64,000 bases of DNA, taken from NCBI GenBank assembly GCA_964647565.1, contig CAZYIM010000006.1, positions 1-64,000 on the forward strand, given 5' to 3'. The notes under the pieces are model-generated. The model saw nothing but the letters and a program-made list of their open reading frames with translations, was not told the DNA's origin and searched no databases. This DNA comes from an uncultured Methanosarcinales archaeon (GTDB lineage Archaea > Nanobdellota > Nanobdellia > Woesearchaeales > CAZYIM01). The position numbers were made by a program, and so were the translations under genes. Below are positions 11,494 to 20,003 of this stretch, one piece after another. Numbering within the stretch: the stretch's first letter is position 1; each line of letters starts with the position of its first letter.

Positions 11494-11725
11494 CAATAAC
11501 ACCTCTATAAAATATTGAATGCCCTGCAGAAGGGCTATTTCTAATGATCTTGACAATATCTCCCTCTTGCACATCAAGATGCTTGATTGCAGGATCAGTT
11601 AGATTCATCTTTGGAATATCTTTGAATCTAAGGGCATATTCATCAAAGAGACGTTTTTTTTCGGCGTCAGATACCTTAATATGCTCTGGCACCAATAAAT
11701 GTTGAATTTTGTCTTTTTTTGCCAT
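11486..11725 (-). CDS. rpoH: RNA polymerase subunit H (Rpo5)
   Basis: HLLVPEH and DPAI..GDIVKIIRNSPSAG motifs. Confidence 0.97.
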   Translation of the reverse strand: MAKKDKIQHLLVPEHIKVSDAEKKRLFDEYALRFKDIPKMNLTDPAIKHLDVQEGDIVKIIRNSPSAGHSIFYRGVIDE

Positions 11726-11754
11726 ACTAGTTGTTCCCCTTTAAGTTAAAGGAA

Positions 11755-11895
11755 TGGGCCGTACGAGATTTGAACTCGCGACTCCTGCATTACTTTCAAC
11801 TTGTTGGAAGTTCAAAAACCGCCGGTTTTTGTTAAAAGTGCAGTGCTCTATTACCTAACCGATATTACTCAGTTACCAGGCTGAGCTAACGGCCC
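11755..11895 (-). tRNA. tRNA-Lys(UUU) with two introns (D-loop, ~25 nt; 37/38, 42 nt)
   Basis: Exons join to GGGCCGTTAGCTCAGCCTGG/TAGAGCACTGCACTTTTA/ATGCAGGAGTCGCGAGTTCAAATCTCGTACGGCCCA, a complete cloverleaf. Confidence 0.92.
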
Positions 11896-11959
11896 ATATT
11901 CAATGCAGTTTTCAAGCCCATTATTGAGCTGAATGTCGCACAGCCCTTGTGATTATAAA

Positions 11960-12125
11960 CGCCCTGGCTGGGACTTCCAAATCCCGAGGATTTGACCTCC
12001 TCCAGGATGTTTGAACCCAGGTCGAAGCCTTTCTGTAACAGTTTTTGTTACGACAGGGCTTCATGATAGCTGCCTAACCCCCAAGTTTCAGCTTGAAAAG
12101 GTTTGCCGGACTACACTACCAGGGC
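11960..12125 (-). tRNA. tRNA-Asp(GUC) with three introns (D-loop, ~36 nt; 37/38, 20 nt; T-loop 59/60, 36 nt)
   Basis: Acceptor GCCCTGG/CCAGGGC-G73; anticodon stem AAGCC/GGCTT with loop CTGTCG^A; T stem CTGGG/CCCAG. The 37/38 intron has a textbook BHB (CTGT/ACAG). Confidence 0.92.
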
Positions 12126-12390
12126 ATTTTGTAAATATTTGAACATTATTTGATTTGTTAGGGGCTTGAGGCGTTAGCCGAAACCCCTGGATTTTGATCA
12201 AACCTTTGCGCACGCAAAAGTTTGGACTCCCGCACTACCAGGGCATTTTGTAAATATTTGAACATTATTTGATTTGTTAGGGGCTTGAGGCGTTAGCCGA
12301 AACCCCTGGATTTTGATCAAACCTTTGCGCACGCAAAAGTTTGGACTCCCGCACTACCAGGGCATTTTGTAAATATTTGAGCATTATTTG
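12114..12390. repeat. Tandem repeat, 119-bp period, about 2.3 copies, duplicating the 5' 12 nt of tRNA-Asp and its upstream flank
   Basis: CACTACCAGGGCATTTTGTAAATATTTGA(A/G)CATTATTTG at 12114, 12233 and 12352, separated by identical 80-bp inserts containing two hairpins. Confidence 0.95.
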
Positions 12391-12687
12391 TGATACTTCC
12401 AGAGTATATAGGTTTCCCTCGCCCCAAAAACATCATATTACCCCATGCGAGAAAACCCACCACCATTTTTTCTTCTGTCCCTGTTTATTGAATATTATAA
12501 TCTTTATATAAATACCTAACGAAACTGTTGGAAAATTGGACTGTTTAAAAAAGTTTTGTTTTTTAAGGCTATTTTTATCAAAATAGTATGATAAATCCTG
12601 TTTTTTTTATTAATTTACCCCATATTTAATGTTATATTTGTTTCATTTAAATTCGTTATTTTGAAGTGACCAAATGATTAAGGATAA

Positions 12688-13674
12688 TCAATGCTTTTTA
12701 AAAAATCCATCTGGCAGATGGCTGTCTTTATGGACCTTGAAAACAGAGGTTGAACTCATGTCTTTAATTATGTCCTGCTGACTCTCCCTGAGCTCAAAGA
12801 TGATGTTTCTTATCTCATCGCTGGTTTGAGTATGTATATGGAATACAATCACCCTCTGTATAGGACATTTGATTATTGAGATTATATTTAAATTGTTCTT
12901 GAGATAGCTTATCAGCCGCTCTTCAAGCTCTTTTCCCTTATTCTGCAGATATAGGTAGACCAGATCATCATCATACTCTAATTTCGAGATATCTAGTTTC
13001 GGTATGAACCTAAGCAAGATTTTCTTCTTTTTTAGTCGCTGGATCCTATATTTTACTGCTTCTGATGTCAATTTGGCCTTTTTTGCTATCACAGGTAGCG
13101 TAACTCGCGAATTATCCTCTAGTTCTGCCAATATTATCAAATCCTGTTCATCAAAATCCACTTTTTCAGTATGCTTACACTCTTCTAAAGCGTCCACGTT
13201 TTCACCGAACAAGTAATCTAAGGGCAGGACATGTTCTCTAAGTATCCTATCTACCTTATACCTTAACAGGTTTTCTCCAATTTCTCGCATAAATTCATTG
13301 ATAAGGCTGTCAAAATGCTCTATATTCTTCGCACAAAATACCACCTCTAAGTCCCAGACTCCACTGCAGGAAGCAACATATTTAATGAAAGGGTGCTTGG
13401 TAAGGAAATCTATTAACTGTGTTTCTCTTTCACGGCTTATTTTCATCAGATCTATCATTATTATATATAGCTCGTATCCCATGCGCATGTTATCGATATA
13501 GGCTGTAAAGCCCTTAATCAGGCCTTCTTTTAGCAATCTGTTGATCCTATAATCTACAACCTGTTTGGAAAGGCCCACTACCTTGCCAATTTGTGATAAT
13601 GGTTTTCTGGCATCTATGAATAGCTCTTTAAGGATTCTCAGGTCTTTTTTATCTAGTTTGATTAATTTAACCAT
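12688..13674 (-). CDS. Lrp/AsnC-family regulator with two tandem wHTH-RAM units
   Basis: Two units: LDKKDLRILKELFIDAR..VDYRINRL and FDEQDLIILAELEDNSR..VKYRIQRL. Confidence 0.9.
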   Translation of the reverse strand: MVKLIKLDKKDLRILKELFIDARKPLSQIGKVVGLSKQVVDYRINRLLKEGLIKGFTAYIDNMRMGYELYIIMIDLMKISRERETQLIDFLTKHPFIKYVASCSGVWDLEVVFCAKNIEHFDSLINEFMREIGENLLRYKVDRILREHVLPLDYLFGENVDALEECKHTEKVDFDEQDLIILAELEDNSRVTLPVIAKKAKLTSEAVKYRIQRLKKKKILLRFIPKLDISKLEYDDDLVYLYLQNKGKELEERLISYLKNNLNIISIIKCPIQRVIVFHIHTQTSDEIRNIIFELRESQQDIIKDMSSTSVFKVHKDSHLPDGFFKKH

Positions 13675-13736
13675 TTTTATGTTATTTAGTGGTTTTTTTA
13701 TATAAATTTTTTGTTTTTGTCAAAAAATTCTTGTGA

Positions 13737-13773
13737 AAAGTTTATATACTTATTTTACCTTAATAGTAGTAAC
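13737..13773 (+). promoter_or_regulatory. Archaeal BRE/TATA promoter with downstream TAGTAGTAAC box
   Basis: AAAG-TTTATATA-15 nt-TAGTAGTAAC; same architecture at 63903-63940. Confidence 0.65.
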
Positions 13774-13792
13774 AAGAAAGAGGCGACCCTAA

Positions 13793-13909
13793 ATGAAAAT
13801 CGTTTCACAAGAAAAATGGAAATGGTTGATGAAGGAAAACAAAGATGATCTGGGCGCAAGTGCCCAAGCAAAAAAGGACATTGTAGCAATGATGTGGGGC
13901 ATCTACTAA
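13793..13909 (+). CDS. 38-aa small protein MKIVSQEKWKWLMKENKDDLGASAQAKKDIVAMMWGIY (below the ORF-track cut-off)
   Basis: SD-like GAGGCGA upstream; first ORF after the TATA promoter; fills the gap before the next gene. Confidence 0.55.
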   Translation: MKIVSQEKWKWLMKENKDDLGASAQAKKDIVAMMWGIY

Positions 13910-13945
13910 GCCCAACAAATAACCACAACCCGAGGTGAGTTAAAA

Positions 13946-14770
13946 ATGAACCAAGAACAACCTGAAAAAAAAGAAGAACATCCCTTGAAAAAAGGAATCG
14001 AATACATAATCCAAAAAGCAAAGAAACCCATACTATACGTGGCAAAAAAAGCAAAGAAACCTGCAAAATACATAGCAGAAAAACTTGCAGGACCTGCAGG
14101 TATAGCAATGGGAGTTGGAGCTGCTGCAGCTGCAAAGGGCGGCGCACTTGAAATGATTATAGAATCAGTCAAATTCCCAGCTCAGATCATAGGTCATGCA
14201 ATAGCAGACCAGGGTCTTGTTGAACTGTTGGGAAAAGCAGCACTTAGTGTTGGTGTAAATCTAATAGCGCACCCATATGCTGTTGTTATTCCAATCGCAG
14301 CAGGATATATTGGCGGAAAAGTTGTGAAACACTATCTTAGAAAGAAAAGATTAGAAAAAAAATATGGTAAAGGAAATATACCTAAATCTGGCCAAAAAAG
14401 AAAAGGCCATAAACCAAAAATGGACCTAAAAGCAAGGATCAAGGATGGCCTTAAATATGTTAGAAACAAGGCAATCCCTCCTGTAGCTTTTGTGGCAGGT
14501 CTAGGAGCTGCAAGTGCAGCTCACAATGGAGTTTTAGAGCAGCTATACGCAGGTGTGAAATACCCTGTTGAGTTGGTCGGTTCAATTATCAAAGACCAGG
14601 GATATATTGCAGAGATAGGTGAGAACATCATCAATATAGGATACAGTGTAGCAAAGAATCCAGTTGGAGTGATTGTTCCTCTTGTTGGTTTATATGCAAT
14701 AGGTAAAGGCGTCTCATACTTGTTAGAGAGACGAAGAGAGAAGCAGAAATACCAAGGTGTTTCTGCTTAA
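13946..14770 (+). CDS. Hypothetical membrane protein with an internal two-fold repeat
   Basis: GAGGTGA SD; two ~90-aa homologous hydrophobic modules (G.GAA.AA..G.LE....VK.P...G..I.DQG). Confidence 0.8.
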   Translation: MNQEQPEKKEEHPLKKGIEYIIQKAKKPILYVAKKAKKPAKYIAEKLAGPAGIAMGVGAAAAAKGGALEMIIESVKFPAQIIGHAIADQGLVELLGKAALSVGVNLIAHPYAVVIPIAAGYIGGKVVKHYLRKKRLEKKYGKGNIPKSGQKRKGHKPKMDLKARIKDGLKYVRNKAIPPVAFVAGLGAASAAHNGVLEQLYAGVKYPVELVGSIIKDQGYIAEIGENIINIGYSVAKNPVGVIVPLVGLYAIGKGVSYLLERRREKQKYQGVSA

Positions 14771-14796
14771 TTATAAAAAATCAAAGGTGAGAAAAA

Positions 14797-15198
14797 ATGA
14801 GATTAGAAAAGAAAATAGATTTGTACTTCGGAAAACACCCTATGGCAGGAAAAGATAAACGTATGCAACAGTTGTTGGCAGATGAAAAGGAGTATTGTGT
14901 AATCCTAGCTGATAGCGATCTGCCACAGGAATTACACCACAGATTTATCGATGAGTTAATCGATAGATACGGATCATTAAGTGAATTCGGAAAGGAGCAA
15001 GAATCATATATAAGGCCTTTAGTAGTCGAAAGAGAGAGCAAACTGGGCATAGCACCCCCTCTACAAAACATGAATGCTGATAGTCTTAGAGATTCAGGAT
15101 ATAAGATCGGTGCAATCTTTTTCAATGAAAAAATTGCTTCCGAAATAATTGCCGCTTTCGAAATGAAAGGCTACAGGATAGAAAAAAAATACGATTAA
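14797..15198 (+). CDS. Hypothetical protein
   Basis: AGGTGA SD; 133-aa ORF within the operon. Confidence 0.75.
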   Translation: MRLEKKIDLYFGKHPMAGKDKRMQQLLADEKEYCVILADSDLPQELHHRFIDELIDRYGSLSEFGKEQESYIRPLVVERESKLGIAPPLQNMNADSLRDSGYKIGAIFFNEKIASEIIAAFEMKGYRIEKKYD

Positions 15199-15230
15199 AT
15201 TTGTACCCAACTCAAACCGAGGTGAGTTAG

Positions 15231-15695
15231 ATGAACAAACGAACAATGTTGAAAACATTAGGTAAACTAGGTTTCGCAGGCATGATATTATTCGGAGGTA
15301 TCAAGCATGGACTAGCACAAGATCCAAAGGATAAGCTTCCACCACATATTCAGGAAAGGATTGAGCAGATGCGAGACAGATATGGTCATCAGAAGGTAAA
15401 AGTCCATGGTTATATAATAGGAAAGGATGACCTGGAGGATGTCAAATACATAATCGGAATGGCTTCAGGAACTGTAAAAGTAACCTATTTCAATGCCATC
15501 ACTATCGATGGTTACACAACCATGAGGCTTGAAACAGAAGGAAAACCTCATCCAAAAATAGTCAAGGAGACACTTGAAGATATGCTTGTATGTCTAGATC
15601 TCGATAAAGACAAAAAGGTCGAGAAGATGGAGGTCTTCAATGCCAAGAAATATTTTGCAGAACAGGCTTATCAAGAATATTTACAAAACAAATAA
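15231..15695 (+). CDS. Hypothetical exported protein with an EF-hand-like loop
   Basis: GAGGTGA SD; signal peptide (NKRTMLK, Tat-like); DLDKDKKVEKME. Confidence 0.75.
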   Translation: MNKRTMLKTLGKLGFAGMILFGGIKHGLAQDPKDKLPPHIQERIEQMRDRYGHQKVKVHGYIIGKDDLEDVKYIIGMASGTVKVTYFNAITIDGYTTMRLETEGKPHPKIVKETLEDMLVCLDLDKDKKVEKMEVFNAKKYFAEQAYQEYLQNK

Positions 15696-15723
15696 GGTGA
15701 GACAAAAAATAATTATCAGGTTG

Positions 15724-15780
15724 TTCACACTGATGGGTCTAAAGGCTGCCTTAAAAAAGCAGCCTCACCCTCGGTGCGAA
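15724..15780 (+). other. Long GC-rich intergenic hairpin
   Basis: TTC.CACTGA.GGGT..AGGCTGC pairs with GCAGCCT.ACCC.TCGGTG.GAA. Confidence 0.55.
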
Positions 15781-15808
15781 GGAATAAGAAAAAAAAGATT
15801 AAAAGTGA

Positions 15809-16070
15809 ATGAGAACCAAATCTGTTCCAATTTTAACATTGATAAAAAATCGCCAGATAACAGACGCTTTAGATGCTGTTTGAGATTAGTGATTTCAGTT
15901 ATAAAGTAAAGACAGTTTCAAAACATTTGCACAATCTTAATATAAGAACAGGTTTTCTTGTTGAAAACAAGGACTGGTATAGACATAATTTAACTATACC
16001 TTTGCCCAAAGAGCTGGCGGGAAAACATCCAAAGTGTCATAACTTCAATGAATTTGAAGGAGTTAATTAA
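15809..16070 (+). CDS. Hypothetical protein, probably split by one frameshift
   Basis: MRTKSVPIL.. stops near 15883, while an overlapping frame (LFEISDF..) runs on to 16070. Confidence 0.4.
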
Positions 16071-16071
16071 G

Positions 16072-16640
16072 ATGCAACAAAAAACTAAGAAATTTTACAC
16101 ATTGATCGGCAAGGATATTGCCGATATTGTCGGTAATAGTTCCAAGAAGGTTTACGCAGGTATCAAGTACGCGATCGGAAAACTAGCATTTAACCTTGGA
16201 AGCAGTGCTCTAGGAGCACTCCCTCTAGAGGTTAGGATGAAGATGCTGGAATCCAAGTCGCCAATTATGAATAAGCTTGATGACCTGGTGGACAAATACC
16301 ACGAGGATCCAAGAGAGAATCGTGAGTTTTACGATATGACACATCTTGAGAAGTATATGCATCAAGTACAGGCAACTACAACATGGCATTCGAATTGCTT
16401 GGGACTGGTGTTGCAGCGACATATATGACTAAGAGTGTGGGAGCAGGTCTTGTAAGCATGCTTGTAATTGCTTTCCCACAAGTCCTATGCAGATTCAAAG
16501 AGGACACCGATATGACAAGAGGCTCAGCTCTGGTTGGACTGCCTTATCATGCAGTTGCAATACCTGTGAAGCTGTGTAGAAGAGCAAAGGAAGCTGTCGG
16601 AAACTACATCGGTGCCAAGATAAGAGCAGCGAGAACATAG
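16072..16640 (+). CDS. Hypothetical membrane protein, frameshifted near 16380
   Basis: AAGGAG SD before the ATG at 16072; ORFs 16048-16428 and 16383-16640 overlap and read as one protein. Confidence 0.55.
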
Positions 16641-16708
16641 TAGCTGTTAGTTGAGGGTAAATTTATCACTCAATAGTAGTTAAAAAACGAAAGATTTATA
16701 AACTATAA

Positions 16709-17776
16709 ATGCTTAAAATAAGCTATATGAGCATAGCTGAATTCCACGGGCGGTTGCAGAAGATAAACCAGGGCAGGATACAGGATATTGTCACTACCTT
16801 TAATCTTGCATGTAATCCTGATTTTGAAATAGATCCTGAAATGAAGCTTCTTTTGGATGGACAACATACTACTGCAAGAGAGCAAGCAGGACAAGTGGAT
16901 TGCTTAGGCAAGGTTGACAGCCTGGTAATAGGCATTGCAGGCGCAGATCCAGCTGAAATAGCGCCAGAACAGACACTTCCCGAGCATGAAACTACAAGAA
17001 AAAGATTCTTTAATCCTGAAATTAATTCTCTTTCATACTTCCAAAGAATGATACGGTTGAAAAAACTGTTGCTGGCCGAAAACATACCTGTTGAGAAGAT
17101 CGATTTTTTACCAGTTTTCCCACCTAAGTTCTATCCCACTGCAGAAGGCTTTAATCTTGAAGACAGGACCTTTCAGTATTTAGGTGTGGAATCAGATCAC
17201 AATATGAGACGGGTCAACAATAACGAACATATGCCCTTTTTCTATCATGATTTTAGAGGCAAAACTAGCCCAAGAACAGAAGATGTAAAGCTTGACATAT
17301 CAAAGTTCGGCGAACAGATCTACAATCTTTATGTGAAACGGTTTAACTTAATGGAAGATGGAACAACATTTGGCAAATCCACTGAGCATTCACTAGAAAT
17401 AATGTTTGAAGATTCTTTAAAGAGCGGCAATGACTCTGTATTAGCTATTGTCTGCTATCCATTGCAAAGCGATAGGGAAGATGCTGAAAATAGATGGGGT
17501 AAACCGTTCAAAGATGTCATGAAACTAACCCCTGTTGAAAGATACGGACTTCTAAAGAAATATATAATAGACCAAGGAGTGAACCTTGAAAAGACACATA
17601 TAACCTTCTTTTCCCCTGACACATTCAAAGGCGTAACACCCTCAAGGACAGAAGCGTACATGCCAAAAAAGTTTGTTTATTTCTCTGAAGAGCTTGACAA
17701 ACCAGCCATAATCAACAAGAATGAAAAGTTTGGAAATCATCCAAACTGTATTGAGACTCGAATTACAAATAGATAG
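16709..17776 (+). CDS. Hypothetical protein, possibly YdcF/DUF218-like
   Basis: 355-aa ORF with a TATA box ~25 nt upstream; LVIGIAG..STEHS..LAIVCYPLQSDR weakly resembles the YdcF pattern. Confidence 0.6.
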   Translation: MLKISYMSIAEFHGRLQKINQGRIQDIVTTFNLACNPDFEIDPEMKLLLDGQHTTAREQAGQVDCLGKVDSLVIGIAGADPAEIAPEQTLPEHETTRKRFFNPEINSLSYFQRMIRLKKLLLAENIPVEKIDFLPVFPPKFYPTAEGFNLEDRTFQYLGVESDHNMRRVNNNEHMPFFYHDFRGKTSPRTEDVKLDISKFGEQIYNLYVKRFNLMEDGTTFGKSTEHSLEIMFEDSLKSGNDSVLAIVCYPLQSDREDAENRWGKPFKDVMKLTPVERYGLLKKYIIDQGVNLEKTHITFFSPDTFKGVTPSRTEAYMPKKFVYFSEELDKPAIINKNEKFGNHPNCIETRITNR

Positions 17777-17777
17777 A

Positions 17778-18716
17778 TTAACTGTATCTTTCTCTTAATG
17801 ATTCTACAACCATCACTGTGTTTGGTTGGGCAACAAGGAAAACAATATAGGAAAGTGCCATTGAATGATAAATAATACTAAACTCTGGCTCGCCGCATTT
17901 ATTTGAAAGTTTTGGACCATCAATAAAATATATCTTATTCCAAAGATCATTAATTTTTGTAAATTCGTCTGTGTTTGCAGTATAATACATCCTGGAGAAC
18001 ATATCATAAAGATTGGCTGCATCCTCATACAATCTAATGATCTGTTTCCTAATAGGTTTTGTTGTCCTCTTACTGCTCAATTTTTGATAAAGAAAATAGT
18101 TTTCATAGTTGGTTATCACAAGCCTCTCAAGCAGCAGGTCCATAAAGACTTCATCTGTCCTTGATATAATACTCCTCTTATGGATTGTTCTCCTACAGAA
18201 CAGGGAGAATCGTCTGGTATCAGAGATAAGTTGGTCAAGAAGCTCCATGTTCTCGAACTTATTCTTCTTTATATCTTCCAGAACAACACTATGCGTATAT
18301 TTTATTATGTTGAACAAGCGATTCAATAGGGTCAACAGCTCTTTTGTTGTTGGATAGGCAGTTTCTGAAAGCCGACAATAGTTTTCTTTTTGGTCAACAA
18401 TTTCAAATCCGTTGAGATTGGATACCACTTCCTGGATGATTCGTATTGCTTTTTTATCTTCAAAGGTTATTTCTACAACATCTGTGCCACGGAGATAGTG
18501 GTTCTCAATCGGAATTCGGTAATAATGATCTATACCTTTCTTTAAATGAAGTTTGACTTTTTTTGATTGGCTGATCTTGTCAGTGGTTATCTTAAGGCCC
18601 TCTTCATCTTCAGTCAACTCTATCTCATCAGAAGGCTGAAGATTATGATCCCTGACCCACTTTATGGGCAGGGTTATTGTATATGCGGTCTTCTGGCGAG
18701 TTAGTTTTCTTTTCAT
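17778..18716 (-). CDS. AbrB/MazE-PhoU family transcriptional regulator
   Basis: N-terminal RKL....YTITLPIKWVRDHNLQPSDEI; NLNGFEIVDQ; helical PhoU-like C-terminus. Confidence 0.85.
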   Translation of the reverse strand: MKRKLTRQKTAYTITLPIKWVRDHNLQPSDEIELTEDEEGLKITTDKISQSKKVKLHLKKGIDHYYRIPIENHYLRGTDVVEITFEDKKAIRIIQEVVSNLNGFEIVDQKENYCRLSETAYPTTKELLTLLNRLFNIIKYTHSVVLEDIKKNKFENMELLDQLISDTRRFSLFCRRTIHKRSIISRTDEVFMDLLLERLVITNYENYFLYQKLSSKRTTKPIRKQIIRLYEDAANLYDMFSRMYYTANTDEFTKINDLWNKIYFIDGPKLSNKCGEPEFSIIYHSMALSYIVFLVAQPNTVMVVESLRERYS

Positions 18717-18823
18717 TATATATAGTAAAATGAACTAGTATATAAACTTTTCCCGGGATTAATAGAAAATATACGGGAAACTTATATATTTCATTAAGTT
18801 AATCATTCAGAGGTGATAATGAA

Positions 18824-19576
18824 ATGAAAGATAATCAAAACAAAGGAGATCATGACTTATTCCTTGAACTTATAGCAGGTTTTGTAACATGCGTCATCGA
18901 GCAGGAAGTAGCTATGAATGCTTATGAGAAAAGAATGGAATCCGAACATATGACTAAAAAAAGCTATGAGATAAAAAACAGAACCATATCTTTACCTGAA
19001 AATTTAAATACAAAGCAACATGTCATTGCATTCAACCATGTCGGCAGATATGTAACAGATGCAACGACCCCGGATACCATGCGTTCCTTCAGAGATCCCG
19101 ATCTGGAAAGCTTTAATCCTGAAAAGGATTTCCATTTCCTTGAAGGAATCAGCCTGGACATCTGGCATGAAGTACTTTCTCTCTATGAATCAAAAGGAAT
19201 CATCGCACCCAGATGGAGCCTGGACATCACAAAATATGCAATGGGCCAAGATGTTGGCTTTATAAAACCATACTGGAATTTCACAGTCCAATGGAACAGT
19301 CAAGGAAATCGCATTGAGATTCCCGGACAAAACGAGTATTCCGCCTGGGTAAAAAAACTTGATTATGGAGATGTATTTGATCCAACCGCATTAACCCATG
19401 CCCAAAAGGCAAAATTGATAGGAAAACCATATGCAACCAGGATGAAATTATCTGATGATCCTGTAGAAAAAAGGATCCTTGAAGAAAGCGACTTTACAAA
19501 GCTATATTACAGAAAAAGGGAGTATTTAACAGAAGAGCAAAATGAGAATGGATTTAGCTTCCTGAAAGATAAGTAA
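18824..19576 (+). CDS. Hypothetical protein divergent from the regulator
   Basis: GAGGTGAT SD; 250-aa ORF. Confidence 0.75.
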   Translation: MKDNQNKGDHDLFLELIAGFVTCVIEQEVAMNAYEKRMESEHMTKKSYEIKNRTISLPENLNTKQHVIAFNHVGRYVTDATTPDTMRSFRDPDLESFNPEKDFHFLEGISLDIWHEVLSLYESKGIIAPRWSLDITKYAMGQDVGFIKPYWNFTVQWNSQGNRIEIPGQNEYSAWVKKLDYGDVFDPTALTHAQKAKLIGKPYATRMKLSDDPVEKRILEESDFTKLYYRKREYLTEEQNENGFSFLKDK

Positions 19577-19616
19577 GAAAAAGAAAAAAAAATAAAAAAA
19601 GCAAGGATGCGATTAA

Positions 19617-19915
19617 ATGACTGAAACACTATATGACGGAAAAATTGTAAAGGTCAAAAAACTAGGCCACGAACCAAAACATAAAAGACCTAATGAAGGA
19701 AAACCATATACGCTATTTGACATTGTAATCGAAGGTGAAAAAAACAGAAGAAATTTAAAATGCATTTGCATCCAGATCAGGTTACTGATAGGCAGATAAG
19801 ATGCACAAAAAATATGGGCCCTTTCATGAATGGAGACTATGAGCATGTTATTCACATCCTCGACGGACCAAACGCAGGATTAGAATACAGCGTCTGGATA
19901 AATGTGCTCAAATAA
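19617..19915 (+). CDS. Hypothetical protein, interrupted by a -1 shift at the A7 run (19738-19744)
   Basis: The -1 frame after GAAAAAAAC continues KQKKFKMHLHPDQ..SVWINVLK to 19915. Confidence 0.45.
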
Positions 19916-20003
19916 TAATTTTTATTTTTTTAAAGAAAAAAGAATCCCTCAAGCAGGTTTTAAATTCATAAAAGTTAAATAGTATTATATGAACTGACTT
20001 AAC

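Noticed and set aside
12114..12390. CRISPR array (39-bp repeat, three copies)
   Set aside because: The intervening sequences are identical and 80 bp long, the repeat includes tRNA sequence, and there are no cas genes.
15809..16640. Cluster of genuine pseudogenes
   Set aside because: Single frameshifts with otherwise open frames cannot be distinguished from assembly indels.
19738..19745. Programmed -1 frameshift at A_AAA_AAC
   Set aside because: The heptamer is in phase, but other probable single-A losses in homopolymers (rpoA1 and grpE ends) make sequencing error the simpler explanation. Raw reads are needed.
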